Shown piece by piece: positions 40,402 to 54,349 of a DNA stretch of 64,000 nt (position 1 is its first letter; every line of letters starts with the position of its first letter). The position numbers and the translations under genes were made by a program. This DNA comes from Octopus vulgaris (lineage: Eukaryota): assembly GCA_951406725.2 (NCBI GenBank), contig OX597815.1, positions 23,746,001 through 23,810,000 on the forward strand. The letters run 5' to 3'. The notes under the pieces were generated by a model. The model ran no database searches, was not told where the DNA came from, and worked only from the letters and a program-made list of their open reading frames with translations.

Positions 40402-42292
40402 TTTCGCTTCTCGAGGCAATTAAACTTATCGAATTTCCATAAACTCGCGTTTCATTGTCGTTAATCTTTGGTTTGAGTTGTTGCGAAGGAAATGGCTAAA
40501 ATGAAAAAAAAAAAATTAAATAAATCATTCGGAAAGAGTGTATTGTAGATATGTAGATAGATGAATTTTAAGGAGGAAGTAGTACATATAGTACTTTACT
40601 AAAATATTTTTGTTTACTCTGTCGTCGTGCGTCTGATGTAGATTAGAGATCTGATTTCCTTTCCTCGGAATCCAAGTAGATTTATGATTTCTTTCAAGCG
40701 AATTATTATTCATGCTATCAGACCAATATGAATCAAGATGAAACTGGACTCATATTTTTGAAATTAAACTTGCAATCTCCCCTTCATCGATCAATAAACA
40801 CCATCCTTTATCGCGGTTGTTTTATTCTCTTTTTTTATCATTTATCTGAATATATTTTTATATTTCTGAGATTGGTTATTACTAGACTAGTAAACTTTTA
40901 TCAGACTAGCATCTTTTTGTTTTTTTTTTCTTTTTCTTTGAAACCGCTTTCAAGTGCTATATTTTTATATCTATACATTTTCCTTGACTAATATTGAACT
41001 CATAAATTTTTATTGCAATTTACAAGATTTTAACGTTCTTATCCCGTGCAATATCAATTCCTATAATGTTTAGACATATTTACATAAAAGCAGCAATATG
41101 CGCTGAGTTTATTAATCATACTTTCCAGTGCAATACGTTCTCCCATCTTGATTTATCTTCTTTTCCACTGTATTCCTGTAACTTCATTCTTACTATCAAT
41201 ATTTACAATTCCTTATCTCAGCATTCCGATTATTTTAAATTTTTGATTCTGATTAGTAAAATCTTTTTTCAGTCTTTACACATTGGCTGTTACCTGGCTA
41301 TTTCTCGCAACATTTCGCTAATTAGTGTTCATAATATAATATTGGACATAAAATTATCTGCCTCATTGAAGCTAGTTACAACTCCTCATAGCGTCGTTAA
41401 GAAAAACTAAGATGAAGAATTTTGTTGTTTTGTTGCATCTCGATCTTTGTGGGCGGAAGAATTATGCGCAAAGAAATCAGAAACGTTGTCGAAAGACAAG
41501 GACATCAAAATTGTATGTATGAATAATGGAATAAAATGTGAAGTGCAAAAGTAAAATCTACACGATAAATTTTCGGTGGGCTGGGTATAATAATAGATAT
41601 CTTCCATAACATAAGAACTTATTTAACTCATAGTCACCAATAATACAAGAATAAAAACAGTTCTATAACCATCGACGGATACTAAATGAAACACAAAGGT
41701 TAAAAAAATACGAAACAGCTTAGTATAAGCAAGCAGACGGCATCAACACAAGCAAACATTTATGTACATCAAGATTATTCGTATGATTTTTAGCTTCTTT
41801 CTTTCTATTATAGTTACATGTATACGATTTTTTTTTTAGTATTATTATTTATTTTAGCAACTTTTACAGAATTCCGTTTTCGTCTTTATTTCATACAACT
41901 GAATAAATAACAACATTATGCAATATTTATTTTGATGCTCTTGCGAGACACCAATTACTATTATTTTTATTTTCCTTTGTTGCTGTGACTTTCTTTTATA
42001 CGTGCTGTTCCAAGTCTCAGTCAGCGACCTCAAGTAACAGCAAATTGAAATTTATTTTTTTCCTGTGAATGTTATTTATGAATAGCAATGATATATTGCA
42101 AGGAAAGAAGAACAAATATTGAGAATTATGATTTCATTAAAAATTTGTTGCAATATTTGCAATTTCAAAAGGTTGACAAATACGTTTCTTAAGATGTGGG
42201 CAGTAGCCTTGAAAACAATTAATTTTTCATGGTTCTGATACGTTGAAGTTTCCTCTTAAGAGTACCATTTGGTATTATCCCTATATCTAAGA

Positions 42293-42666
42293 CTAGTACT
42301 CTGACTCGGCAACGCCGGGTCATAGTGCTAGTGCATGCATTTACAGCTGCGTGCGTGCGCACATACACTCGACTACTGTCCAAATCTCCGACCAATCACA
42401 TACAGTTAGCTGGCATTCAATTGGCGTATCAAGTTTCGGGCATTTTGATTGGGATTTGGGTAGAAAATTCAGAAAAAAGTCACTTCTATTGATTTTTTAA
42501 TGGCTTTGCGGGGTGACTGGGGAAATGTAAAGATGTGCACGACCACCCTTGGACGGTTTTGAATGACTATAGAAAGTGCGAGCCCTCTAACTGAAAAATT
42601 GTGGATTTGTATAAAGGATACACACACACACACAGACAGACATTTTGCTGTTTATATATATATAGA
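42293..42666 (-). mobile_element. Non-autonomous Helitron-like element
   Basis: Reverse complement starts TCTATATATATAAAC and ends CTAG|T; the terminal ~40 bp form a near-perfect palindrome (ctagtactctgactcggc-aac-gccgggtcatagtgctag). Confidence 0.75.
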
Positions 42667-42883
42667 AATGATTAAAGGTACAGTTGACGTAGAGGCTACA
42701 TTTTTGAGACCTTTATTTCATAGTGCTTGTATCGCAGTCAACTGGGATTGATATATGAGCAAACACGTTTTGTCAGTGGGATCTTTCATCACAACAGTCT
42801 TAGTTTGAATATTTCCTTCTCCATGATTTTATTGATTTTATTGAACTCTAGTATGTCAAGGTACTTATGTCAAGGTACTTATT

Positions 42884-43112
42884 GGCGGCGAGCTGGCAGA
42901 ACCGTTAGCACGCCGGGCGAAATGCTTACCGGTATTTCATCTGCGTTACGCTGTGAGTTCAAATTCCGCCGAGGTCGACTTTGCCTTTCATCCTTTCGGG
43001 GTCGATAAATTAAGTACCAGTTACGAACTGGGGTCGATGTAATCGACTTAATACCTATGTCTGTCCTTGTTTGTCCCCTCTGTGTTTGGCCCCTTGTGGG
43101 TAATAAAGAAAT
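42884..43112 (+). mobile_element. SINE family A
   Basis: Full length; TSD aggtacttat. Confidence 0.9.
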
Positions 43113-44361
43113 AGGTACTTATAGCCTTCCTTTTCAATTTGTTTCTTATTTGGTAATTCTATCCCTGCCAGAGACTGTACCTAGCTTCTTTTCTGACTCG
43201 TTACACCACACTTCCTAAGTTTAAATTCCATCTCAACATCAGCACTAAAACAGTGGCCAGTGGTCACCAAGAAACTCGCTTGTACCTCATCCTTGCTATA
43301 CAGCTTCAAATCATCTGTGAAGAGAAAATAATTGATTCTTTCTGTTTTCCCCCTTGAACTGAAATCCCAGGTTCATTTTAAGCGGCATCAAAGTAAGAGG
43401 GATCATGCAAAGTACAAAATGCAACAGAGGTAAACTATCTTGGAAAACTCCTTCTCTTGAGACTCAGAGTACCCAAGCTTTGTCCACACGATGTCAACTC
43501 AGTTTTCCACCCCTCCATACTTCTCTGAAAATATATTAAATTCCCTGCAATTCTAAACAAATCTAAGCTCTCAATGATCGGCGAATGTGGGATCATATCG
43601 AAAGCTTTGTGGTAATCAATCCAAACCATCCCCAGATTTGTCCTACATCGCTTACAGTCTGGCATTACACATTTCATCTATCAATAATTGGCCTTTGGTA
43701 CCTCTGCATTTCCTCCTACAACATTTTTGTTCCATTGATAAAATGCCATTATCATCAAGAAAATTGTACATTTCTTCTGCAATCTCCGCTGACAGTAACT
43801 TACACATTAAAGGAAGGCAAGAAATTGGCCTGTAATTGCCGGCAGCATTTTCTTTCGATAGATCCTTGAAGCACAACGCCATTCGTCCTTTGGTCAACCA
43901 CCCTAGAATTTCTTCTGTTCAGTCAATCAATGCTTTAAATTGCTCTGCAATCAATTTATGGCACCTACTGAGTTTTTTTTAAATCCCAAATCCCTGTACC
44001 ATCAGGTTCTGCTACTTTCCAATTTTTGCTCGTCTTTTTGCTCACATTTCTGATACTGTCCTTGGTAAAGAGGACAGCTTCTTGCTGGGGATAAGAAGAT
44101 GTTTGCTTCAAACTGCAGAGCTATTTAGCTCCAGTATTATGTTGTTCTTGCTTACTCCATATCTCACCCCAAAACTGTCGACTTTTATCTACATCAGGAA
44201 CTAATCTTTCACACGCTAAATCATCATTAATTTCTTAGTAAAATCTATTTTCATCAAATATAAACATTCGGTTTTGCCGGTATTGTTTAATCCGATGCTC
44301 ATACCTAGTCAATCTTGCTTTCTTAGCAAAAATGCGCTGCTTCAGCCCTTGTATCACAACA

Positions 44362-44477
<116 letters not shown>

Positions 44478-45490
44478 TTTTGCTTCAACAAATTTCTCGA
44501 TTTTTTTTCAAATTTACGATCATTCTTCAACTTTCCCTTTCTTTGCCTATCAATTATTGACACTACACTGTTCAGAGAGCTAATAACTTCTGATATTCTG
44601 CTTGTTTATTTCCTTTTCTTTTCGTCAAGGTTCTGTTCTCATCGATCTTCAATCCCATCCTTTCTGCAACAGTCCTACTTGCAGCCTTGGTGAGTCTATT
44701 TGTTTGTGAGATGTTCTTTACTTCAATATATCATTGACTTTACTTGCTTTTTGATTTAGTCTCCAGTGATCAGCCTTCTTGAAATCACACAAATTCTGTC
44801 TCTTCTGTATTTAATAGATCTAAAACCCTGTTCATTATCATCTGATCTCCATCATTTAACAATTCTCTGATCTCGATTCTTTCATCACCACTCACACCAG
44901 TATATTCTTGTGAGAAATTGACCACTTCTTACATAATGCCACTTTCATTATTCATATGCTCAGCATCCCCAGATATTCTTCTTTTGATAACTTCTAACCC
45001 CAATTCTGATAACCATCCATTCTTTCGTATTGCTCTTGCTTGATCACATAATATCTGTTCCGTGATTTCGAGCAACTTCAGCCTCTTCCATTCTTTGTGT
45101 ATTCCTTGTCTGTATCCTCTGATTGGTATGCCGTTTCTATCTATGGAATGTTCCAATAGTAACACTCCATAAGCATCATGCTTACTTGTTAATTCCACTT
45201 TTGTCTCGCAGCCTGATTAGCAATTGCTGGATTACGATCGGACCCACCCTGTTACACAGAGAGACACCTGCTGTGTGCGACACCTTCACCATTTTCCCCA
45301 GTCCCGCTCACACCATTATCATTTGCTATTTTTTATTTGATATTTTCACTCATAAATGAGGTGCGTTTTATGTTACCACCACGAGTATTTTTTATCGAGA
45401 CACCATCTCCAGCAAAGTAGCCCACCAGGGCGGAAGAGGCCTTACTACCCTGGTTTTGGAATCAGAGTGGTCCTTCTCCTTGGCTGATTA

Positions 45491-47804
45491 TACTGGTCAA
45501 CAAAATTAAATGTATTATACTCATTTTGAATGCAAACCAACCTTTTTAGACTAATTTTTCATGCTGATTTCAAAATTTCACTCCATTTGTATGCAGCACG
45601 TATCAGTTTTTTAGTAGATACATTGAAATATTTACATATTTGTATATATGAAATCATTAACGTAATAAATAAGAACATATTATTTTTAGAAAGTAAATGA
45701 GTTTATTGAGTTAAAAATCATGACTATCATTCTACAAAGAGTGAATACACAAAAAAATGGGTCAGACAAAACAGACAAAGTAAGAACAACAGAGTTAGGA
45801 ACATAGTGATTTGGATTTCCTGTGATGTTCCTGATCTGGTTGATAACGGTAGAGTGTCCAGCAGTAGTCAGCTAGCAGACTGCCATTCCAGAAGCCTTGG
45901 TACCATTTCTCCATAGCATTATTGTCCTGGTGAAATCTTTCCCCGTGTTCATCAGACACCGCTACAAAGTTATCTGCAAAGAAATCCAGATGGGAATCCA
46001 AGTGAACGTTCAGTGACATGCGACAACACATTGCTGACTAACATTTCAGAAGATTCTTGATGCCATCCTTGTAGCCCATTGCTTTCTTGTTGTCCAGGAA
46101 ATTCTCACAGATCCAACTAAAAGCATTCTAGGCAGGCAGTTCCAGTTTATCAGTGTTGTCTTGAAGTTGACATCTTTAAGTACTTCTCTAATTTGGGGTT
46201 TGACAAAGATACCTCCTTTCAACTTCGCCAGTGTGATTTGGGGAAACTTTTCTACAATATAATCAAACCCTCTGGCATTTCCTAGTGTCTTTACAAACTG
46301 TTTCGTCAGTACAAGCTTTATGTGCAAAGAAGGCAATAGGAGATTGCATGGATCTACAAGAGGTGTATTCTTGACGCTAGGCAGTCCTGGCTGCTATGAT
46401 GTTCTTGTCTGCCAGTTTAATTCCGAATAATGTTTGTCAGTTGCTCAACTGTCCTATTTTCAACAGTATTTTGTGGGGCCTGACTGCATTTCCATTAACA
46501 TTCCAAAGACTTTTAAATCTCCACATATTTTCCATGAGTATCTTTCATAGGCAACGGCATGAAGTAAAAGTTCCATATTCTCATATGATTCATGAAGACG
46601 AACGGAATGTGCAAAAGGAATTGAGGGCTTCAAATTACCATTTTGGAAAAGTACAACTTTTAAACTTCGCTTCGAGGAGTCAATAAACAAACACTACTCT
46701 ACAGTATCGTGATTTTTGTAATAAAAATTCGAAAAGTCCATCGATGTTATTGCAAATGCAAAGCGAACCTTCAACAGAAAAACACGTTTGTAGAAACCAC
46801 ATTTCTCTGCCGAAAATAAGTTATACGAACAGCGTGCTCTGGCAGATACTTTTCTTTCAGTCTTGATGCCAACAGTTCTGCTTTATTTTTTGAGAGGGAT
46901 AGGTCTCTGACAAGGTCATTCTGTTCAGCTTGGGAAAATTTCTGAAGTTCAAAGCTATCGCCATCAGCCATATAATCTTACTCAGCAGCACTAACGTGAC
47001 AGTCAATATCATCATCTCATGTTTCAATACCATCATCTGGTGGAACTGGTACTAGCACACTTCCATTGTGAGGCACAGGTCTCATTGCAGAATCCAAATT
47101 GGGAAACACAATTTTGTATTTATTCTTCATAGAAAATCCTGTGACATTTACTTTGCAAAAATAACAGTCATTAAAATGGTCTTTCGGCTCCCTCCATATA
47201 ATTGGAATGGCAAAAGGTATGGACTTATTATTATTGAACAGGTCCCGTAAGTCATTTAAGCAAGCTGAGCAGATAAAATGTGGTACCCATAACTTGTTCT
47301 TGATCTCTGCTGTTATTGTACGTTTTTGAGCTTTTACAGTAAATTGTCCACAGACAAAACAAAACACATCAGGACGATTTCTACAATGTCTTGACATTGT
47401 TAACACTGTAAAATAAGTAAGGAAATAGATACGAACGTTTATACTCAGATGATGAAATATTTCATCAGGCCAATTATGACTGGACAATTTGAGATGTTGA
47501 AACACCTATTTCATCAAACAAAACTTAATTGGTTAGTTTAAGATGATGAAATATTGCATCTGAACTATGCAGCAATGAATAATGTAGTTTATTTTAAAGG
47601 TATGTTTCAATGATGTAAATGAAATACATGCATAAGCGTCATTAACTAAAATTTCTATATAATGCAAAAGCTAAAGCCAAAAAACTTTCTCATCTCGAAA
47701 ACTACGTGATGTCAAAAAACTAACTGTATATTTGAAATCAGTATTAAAAACTACACTAAATACACCTTGACATATGCTTTATGAAAAACAGTTGTTGACC
47801 AGTG
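45491..47804 (-). mobile_element. Chapaev3-type (CMC) DNA transposon, near full length
   Basis: TIRs (c/t)actggtcaacaa, 3-bp TTA TSD on both sides, subterminal ctgatttcaaa repeats, degenerate transposase. Confidence 0.8.
45795..47397 (-). pseudogene. Frameshifted Chapaev3-like transposase
   Basis: MSRHCRNRPDVFCFVCG..WREPKDHFNDCYFC; NDLVRDLSLSK..ELLASRLKE; FIDSSKRSLKVVL; LHIKL..KQFVK; SDEHGERFHQD..LADYCWTL, split over five ORFs. Confidence 0.85.
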
Positions 47805-47944
47805 TTATCAACCAAAGCTAACGAGCTCGACCTACCCGGAGCACTGGTTATTTGAAGGCGCCAGACATTCGCCTTTTCACTCCCTTCTGCTAGTTGCAAA
47901 CGGCTTCACCACGCGAAGGGCAGAAGCTGAACTTGTCTGTCAGA

Positions 47945-48245
47945 TTATTATCATTATTATTATTATTTCTCTTTATCACAGGTTTTGTTGGAGCTCTTGG
48001 AGTCTTGCAGGCGTATCGGACTTGCTACCTGCAGCCTACGGTACCATGCTATCCATACTTTTCAGCTATCTAATACTTTCCTGATTATTCTGGCCATGGC
48101 AAGGAGGCAAACCTTTTGTAACAGTTCTACTGGCCATTCTATTCCAATTTCCTTTATATTCCCCTTGATGCCTCCTGATACTGTTCCCAAGGACCCAACA
48201 ATAATTGGCACTATCTTCACCTTCTTCATTTTCTATAGCCATCTT
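47945..48245 (-). mobile_element. 3' end of an R4/Dong-like LINE with (TAA)n tail
   Basis: KVKIVPIIVGSLGTV..PVELLQKVCLLAMARIIRKVLDS*, then 3' UTR and (TAA)n. Confidence 0.8.
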
Positions 48246-49121
48246 TTACTTCATTAAATTTGTGGTCAGTGCTAAAGTAAAGGCTGTGCATCTGCTAATG
48301 AAATCTAATAAGGTAAAAACGTTGCAATTTGCTTCCTTTTCCTTTGTTTGCTCAGCCAAAGGATAATGTTAGTTAACTGATGACATTTTTCTTATCATCG
48401 CATTTAATCCTATTGCGGTCATTTCTGAAACTCCAATACTCGAATATTCAAAAACCTTTTTATCATTTAAATATGTGACTTGCACCATTATTTTTAATAT
48501 TGTCAATTAATAAATATTTTTCTTTTTTTTTTTTCATATAGACAATATATAATTACTCAGAGATGATTTAAGGTTTGACGGCTCAGATATCACCTTTGAG
48601 TCACCCGTTAAAAATCTGTTAAAGCTGGTTGCTGCAAGATGTCTTTCACATACTGATTTAAATAATGTAGGGGTCATTAATGATAGCATCAATGAAAAAA
48701 AAAAAAAACAGAAGAAAAAAAAAAAGCGAAGTGGGCTAAGTATGGATTATGTAGCATAGATGTTATGATTGGTGACAGATCGCAATTGAACTTGGAAGTT
48801 ACTTCTATAGATCGATGTTGTTGTTAACTCCACGGCAGCTCTGATTGAACTGACCTATACTCAAAGATATTCTAGCCGTAACCTTTCCGTATTTTCAAAT
48901 TGTTTATCTCAGACTATATTACCCAACATACGCTTCTTTGTAAAAAAAAAAAAAAGATATTAGGGCGTGAGGGGAAAAATTTGCTGTTTGTTTCTAGCTG
49001 TTTGTTTCGTAGAGATTATTTAGTTAATGTGATGAATCTCCCGTAAACGCTTAAGTAGTTTTTTTTTCACCTAACACCTCGTATTTCAGTTCGACGTAGA
49101 TTCCATTGTACCAAACTCTAT

Positions 49122-49434
49122 GAAGATACGTGGCTCACTGTTTAGGTCATTCAGCTAGCGATCGTGAGCTTGATTCCCAGTGGCTCATCTCCTTGAGCAA
49201 AACATTTTATTTCACGTTGCTCTAGTCCACTTAGCTAGCAAAAAGTAATAGTACTTGTATTTCAAAGGGCTAGCCCTGTCACATTCTGTGTCACACCGAA
49301 TCTCCCTGAGAACTACGTTAAGGGTACGCGTGTCTGTAGAGTGCTCAGCCATTTACACATAAATTTCACGAGGAAGCTGTTCCGTTGATCGGTTCAACTG
49401 GAACACTCGTCGTCGTAACCGACGGAGTGTCAGT
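49122..49434 (+). mobile_element. Older SINE sharing the family C 3' tail
   Basis: Tail gtatttcaaaggg..cgtcgtcgtaaccgacggagtg; TSD taccaaactctat. Confidence 0.8.
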
Positions 49435-50011
49435 TACCAAACTCTATCACAAACTTCTTTGATATCGAAGAATATGACACACCTGTCCAGGAAATTGGTC
49501 CATATCCGAAGAATGATTATAACATTGTTGGCTTTACTATAATTTAGTCGGAAGCCGAATTGCTTGCTTGAAATGAATTGATTTTTTTCAGCATGTAGAT
49601 TTGTAGCTGTTTATTCCATTCCTAAACCAAGTTGATGTTTTCAGCGCTGTTTTCTCTAAAGTATATGTTTCGCAGTAATACTCTTTTGCTAACTCTGAAA
49701 TCAACTTCAAATAAAGAGCAGAGGGAATATGTGGTATTGCGGGCTGGCCAGTTCCTTTAGGACTCAATTGGAATTTAATCAGGACTGCTGATATTCTCAA
49801 GTTTGAATTATTGCATTATCTTAATATCTTCTGCTTTGAAGATTACATTCAGCAGTCTCGTAGCAAAAGATTATCTAGTATCCAGCGGTTAATTATTTGT
49901 GTGTATGGTGTATATGCGTATGCGTAGAATGAGAAAGTTTCGAATACACAAACAACCAAGTAGGGTAAGACTATTCAGAATGTCGATACAGCAATGATAA
50001 AATATTTTTTC

Positions 50012-50460
50012 GGATCTTTTCGGTTTGAACGGCAGTTTTTTCTAGCGGCGTCATATGAAATTGTCACCCATAATTATGACCCTAGTATCGATCTATTGCA
50101 TTTCAATCTGTTTTAGGGTTAGGGTTAGTTAGGGCTAGTTAAGGTTAGTTAGGGTTAGGGGTGGGGGAAGGGTATCTTTTTTTCTTCACAAATGTAAATA
50201 AACCCAATCTGTTTCTTAAACGAGGGACATATTCATACGGCACAGAATATTTTTTTTACCTCAATAGACGTCAGTGATTGGTTGAAATTGCAGAAATTGA
50301 AGAAAAAACAACAACAAATATCTTACAAACTATAGAATTTTCTCAATAAAACCAAAAGAAAAAGATGTTTTATAAACACATTCTACCAGTATACGAAGTT
50401 TAAAATTTTTTAGTTACCTAGAAATTATGTTAAAAACTGCCGTTCAAACCGAGAAGATCC
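50012..50460 (+). mobile_element. MITE with 8-bp TSD and a TTAGGG-like tract
   Basis: TIR ggatcttttcggtttgaacggcagttttt; TSD attttttc; ttagggttagggttagttaggg.. at 50113-50160. Confidence 0.9.
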
Positions 50461-51594
50461 ATTTTTTCCAATGCAAGTCTCCACAGAGGAGCACCGCATA
50501 AAATTCCTGGGTTCATCTGTGCGCCGTCTGGTTTGACAAGAATGAAGATACGTATCGCTCAGTTACCTCAACATTCTACAATTACCACCAAAACCAGCCT
50601 TTGGTAGGGCACAAGAAGATTATAAAAGATTGAATCACGTGATGGCTTGATGCCGATTGGTTGCTTAATAGACCGATCATATGAAGCTATTGTCGTTCGG
50701 TCGTGATGTATGACCGGTTACCTGGCGGTTCGGTTTCGAATCACCGTTACACTATCAATGGGTGAATAATGTACTGTGTTTGTAATTTGTTCGGAATCCT
50801 ACAAATTATTTCTCGTCTGTTCCAGATCTTCATCTCCATGATTGTGCATCGGCCAAGATCTTGAAGATAGACGTTCCCAACATGTAATGATCCACAAGTG
50901 GCTCGTACTAAATAAAGCGGAAAACACCTGTGATCGAACTAGCATTGACCAAGTAATGTGGAATGGTTGGAGTGATGATTTGCATGAAGGCGTGGATCAC
51001 AAAATATGGCCAAATCTTTTCATTATCCTTGCAGCACTTCAGATAATATTCCTTCACAACATGACTGAACATTAGAATATAGATGTTAGAAGCGAATGGA
51101 TTTTCATAAAAATATCACGAAATAATTCGACAAAAAATGCTCCAGTTTAGCTTAGGTGGTCACAAGGAACGTTTTGCATAATTCACAATAAGTATTGACC
51201 GTAAATGTATCGTAAAACATATCACGCTTGCAGAAAGGCCGTCAACTTACAGACTTGGGAATGGAAAAACAAATAGAAAGATAGAGAGAGAAGGCTGGGA
51301 GTAAACAGGAAAAATAGATCTTTATTATGTCCGGAGTGAAATTACTGTGTTGGTCTAGACGAGCCACATTTGTATGGTTAACGTTAATTTAATGCTTGAA
51401 ACGTTTACAATTTCATAAAAAAATTTAGATAGACTGTCAAAAAGTAAGCGATCTTAGAAGGAATATCATGCTATGTTCAGTGCATTTAATCAACGCATTT
51501 CCAACCTAAATATAAAAGAGATGAGCCAAGAAACACGATAATTACTTATAATCTATACGAGTAAAGTTCAATATACATGGACTACGAAGAGTTG

Positions 51595-51595
<1 letters not shown>

Positions 51596-51663
<68 letters not shown>
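51596..51663. repeat. (TA)n microsatellite
   Basis: Direct reading. Confidence 0.95.
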
Positions 51664-51667
<4 letters not shown>

Positions 51668-53126
51668 GATTATATGTACGGGGTAAATAGGAGAAAGAGA
51701 TATATTAATCGATATATGACCTTTATGTTATCGTTACAATATAAGAAGCAACTTCTTCGAGTTGTTATTGTATAAATATCAGCTGAAGTTCTATTGTTCA
51801 TTTTGTAGGTAGCTGTGTTCGTCTTTTATTGACTGCTAGAAGACGAATGGAAGAAGGAGAGAGAGAAAGAGTTTTAAAAAAAATTACTTTTGTGTTGACA
51901 AGTAGAGAGGTTGAAAATTGTGTAATACCGCAGTGACGAGCCATAGGCGAAGGAGAACAAAAAGAGAGGTGCTTTCCAGCGAGGAGTCAAGTGAAAGAGA
52001 CAGAAGTGAGTTTGGGTATTGTATTTATACATGTTGGAAAGCTGGATACAGGTCGGAGAACAATGGGAGATAAATGAGTTTATCTCTGTTGACTGCATTT
52101 AATCCAATAACGATAACTTAAACATTAGAATTAACTGAGTGTCACAGCTGACCCTCATAAATTTCTAAGTGTTAATACCAAGAACAACAGGGAAGAATTC
52201 ATAGAAAAATCTAGGCTAACGTTTCGATTCCTGGCCAAGAATCCAGAAAACGATTCGCTACACACACGCACGCACACAGATAAATACACACACAGACAGA
52301 CAGACACACACGCACACACACAGGTCCACGACTAAAAGTATCAAAAGAGATCAATTACATTTTCGTTTTTTTTCAATTGACATGTTTTACAACCAGATGT
52401 CTGCGTCATACAATGATAGCAAACTACACACATTCTTCTTCTTTACAGTAAATGGATAAAAAAACACATATCTGATGTTGAAGAAAAAAGAAGAAAAAAA
52501 GGAAGATACTCTTATGTAAATCCAACGAATAAAAGCTGTTGCAGTATTATTGTTGATACATTAGAATCAGTGCTTCGCCTGTTTTGTTAAACTATGCTAT
52601 TTGTCATGCGGAATTGCTTACTTTAGTTCTTAACTACGGTAGACTTTTTATCTAATTAGATGAATCATAAATATATTTCTAGTAATCTGCGCTACTTATA
52701 ATATTGAGTAAGATCAATGGCCGTGACTCACGTATACGATCAATAACCAATACTCCTACTAAAGCTCTAACGATCTCTGCTCTGACATTATAATAGCTTT
52801 TGATTTCAATTACAAAAAGAAAATAAAAAAATGTTTTGAGAAAACGACACAGTCTGCTAAAAATATCGCAAAGTGCGACAGAAAATTTGGTTTAGATTTT
52901 GACAAGGATTTAAAATCTTTTGAAATATCCAAGATTTATAATTGTAGTGTCTCCATGCACTACACAATTACATCGAGCAGTGGTTCTCAAATGTTTTTTT
53001 CTTCGCTTTTACTCCTATTTGAAGTCTGACAAAGTTAAGAATTGTACTCCAACGTGAAAGTGTATATTATACAAAACACAAGTGCACTTTTGTAGAATCA
53101 TTCATCACTTGTAAATCGCTGCGTAT

Positions 53127-53504
53127 GTGGAAGCACTCCGTCGGTTACGACGACAAGGGTTCCGGTTGATCCGATCAACGGAACAGCCTGCTCGTGAAAT
53201 TAACGTGTTAGTGGCTGAGCACTCCACAGACACGTGTACCCTTAACGCAGTTCTCGGGGATATTCAGCGTGACACAGAGAGTGACAAGGCCGGCCCTTTG
53301 AAATACAGGTACAACAGAAACAGGAAGTGAGAGAAAGTTGTGGTGAAAGAGTACAGCAGGGATCACCACCATCCCTGCCGGAGCCTCGTGGAGCTTTAGG
53401 TGTTTTCGCTCAATAAACACTCACAACGCCCGGTCTGGGAATCGAAACCGCGATCCTACGACCGCGAGTCCGCTGCCCTAACCACTGGGCCATTGCGCCT
53501 CCAC
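53127..53504 (-). mobile_element. Young tRNA-derived SINE, family C
   Basis: Full length; TSD taaatygctgcgtat. Confidence 0.9.
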
Positions 53505-53529
53505 TAAATTGCTGCGTATAGAACTTAGT

Positions 53530-54100
53530 TTTAACAAGAGGGATATTTTATCATTAGTTTTGTCTCTGATAGAATCAGTTTCACATCTGCTCTTAGAACA
53601 AGCCAACATAGTACTTTGAGACAACTCAACTTCATATATACACTACGCAAGAAATGGCTAGCACTTGTCAATAAAGTAGAGTATCCGGTTGTTCCTTCCA
53701 GAAGCCGCAAAGATGTAATACCATCGATAGTATCAAATGTGCTAAGAGTCACTGAATCATTTCTCAACTTCAGGAATTTCTGTTTTGCAGGGTTGTTGTA
53801 AGAAATGGTTACCTTATCCATGAGGTGTTCTGTGGGCTCTTGCTTTGGAAAAATTATTTTATCATCGACGTAGCGAATATGAACAAATACTCACCAATTT
53901 TGAAGGGCATTGAATAATGCTGCTTCGAAGAAACTTGCGTAGCTTAGTAAACAGCAGGAATTTTGGTGTTGACCCATCTGCACCGCTCTTCCACTTGGAT
54001 AGAAGGAATTCATCTTACCTCGGTCATCGGCAATGGAAGAATTGTTTTCTTGAAGTGAGCAATTCAACACAGACTTCTCGAAAGATTTCTGGTAGTTGTA
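53530..54100 (-). pseudogene. Penelope-like RT remnant
   Basis: AVQMG..ASFFEAALF, HIRYVDD and the thumb-like region LKVLCWLVLRA..KYPS. Confidence 0.6.
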
Positions 54101-54349
54101 AGGAAGGTATAAGATGAATTTGTTCTCACGAAAGGCAGTGTTTTCAGGGAGTGCTTTGGCAGCAAGAACGTCCACTATTTCTGATCACATTTCAAAAACT
54201 TGATTCAAAACCTCGCAGCGAGACAAGCCTAACACCTTAGTATGCAAAAATAGTTCCACGTTTCAAGATTCAAAATTTTCACCCAGAATTGTTTTTTTTT
54301 TAAATAGATCGACTATTATTATTATTGCTTTAATAGCTCGGTGTTGAAT

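Noticed and set aside
50113-50160. True telomere or chromosome fusion site
   Set aside because: Short, degenerate and internal to a TSD-flanked MITE.
53430-53504. tRNA-like sequence (also ~6390-6460, ~59225-59296, ~61435-61510)
   Set aside because: tRNA-derived SINE heads continuous with SINE bodies and flanked by TSDs, not tRNA genes.
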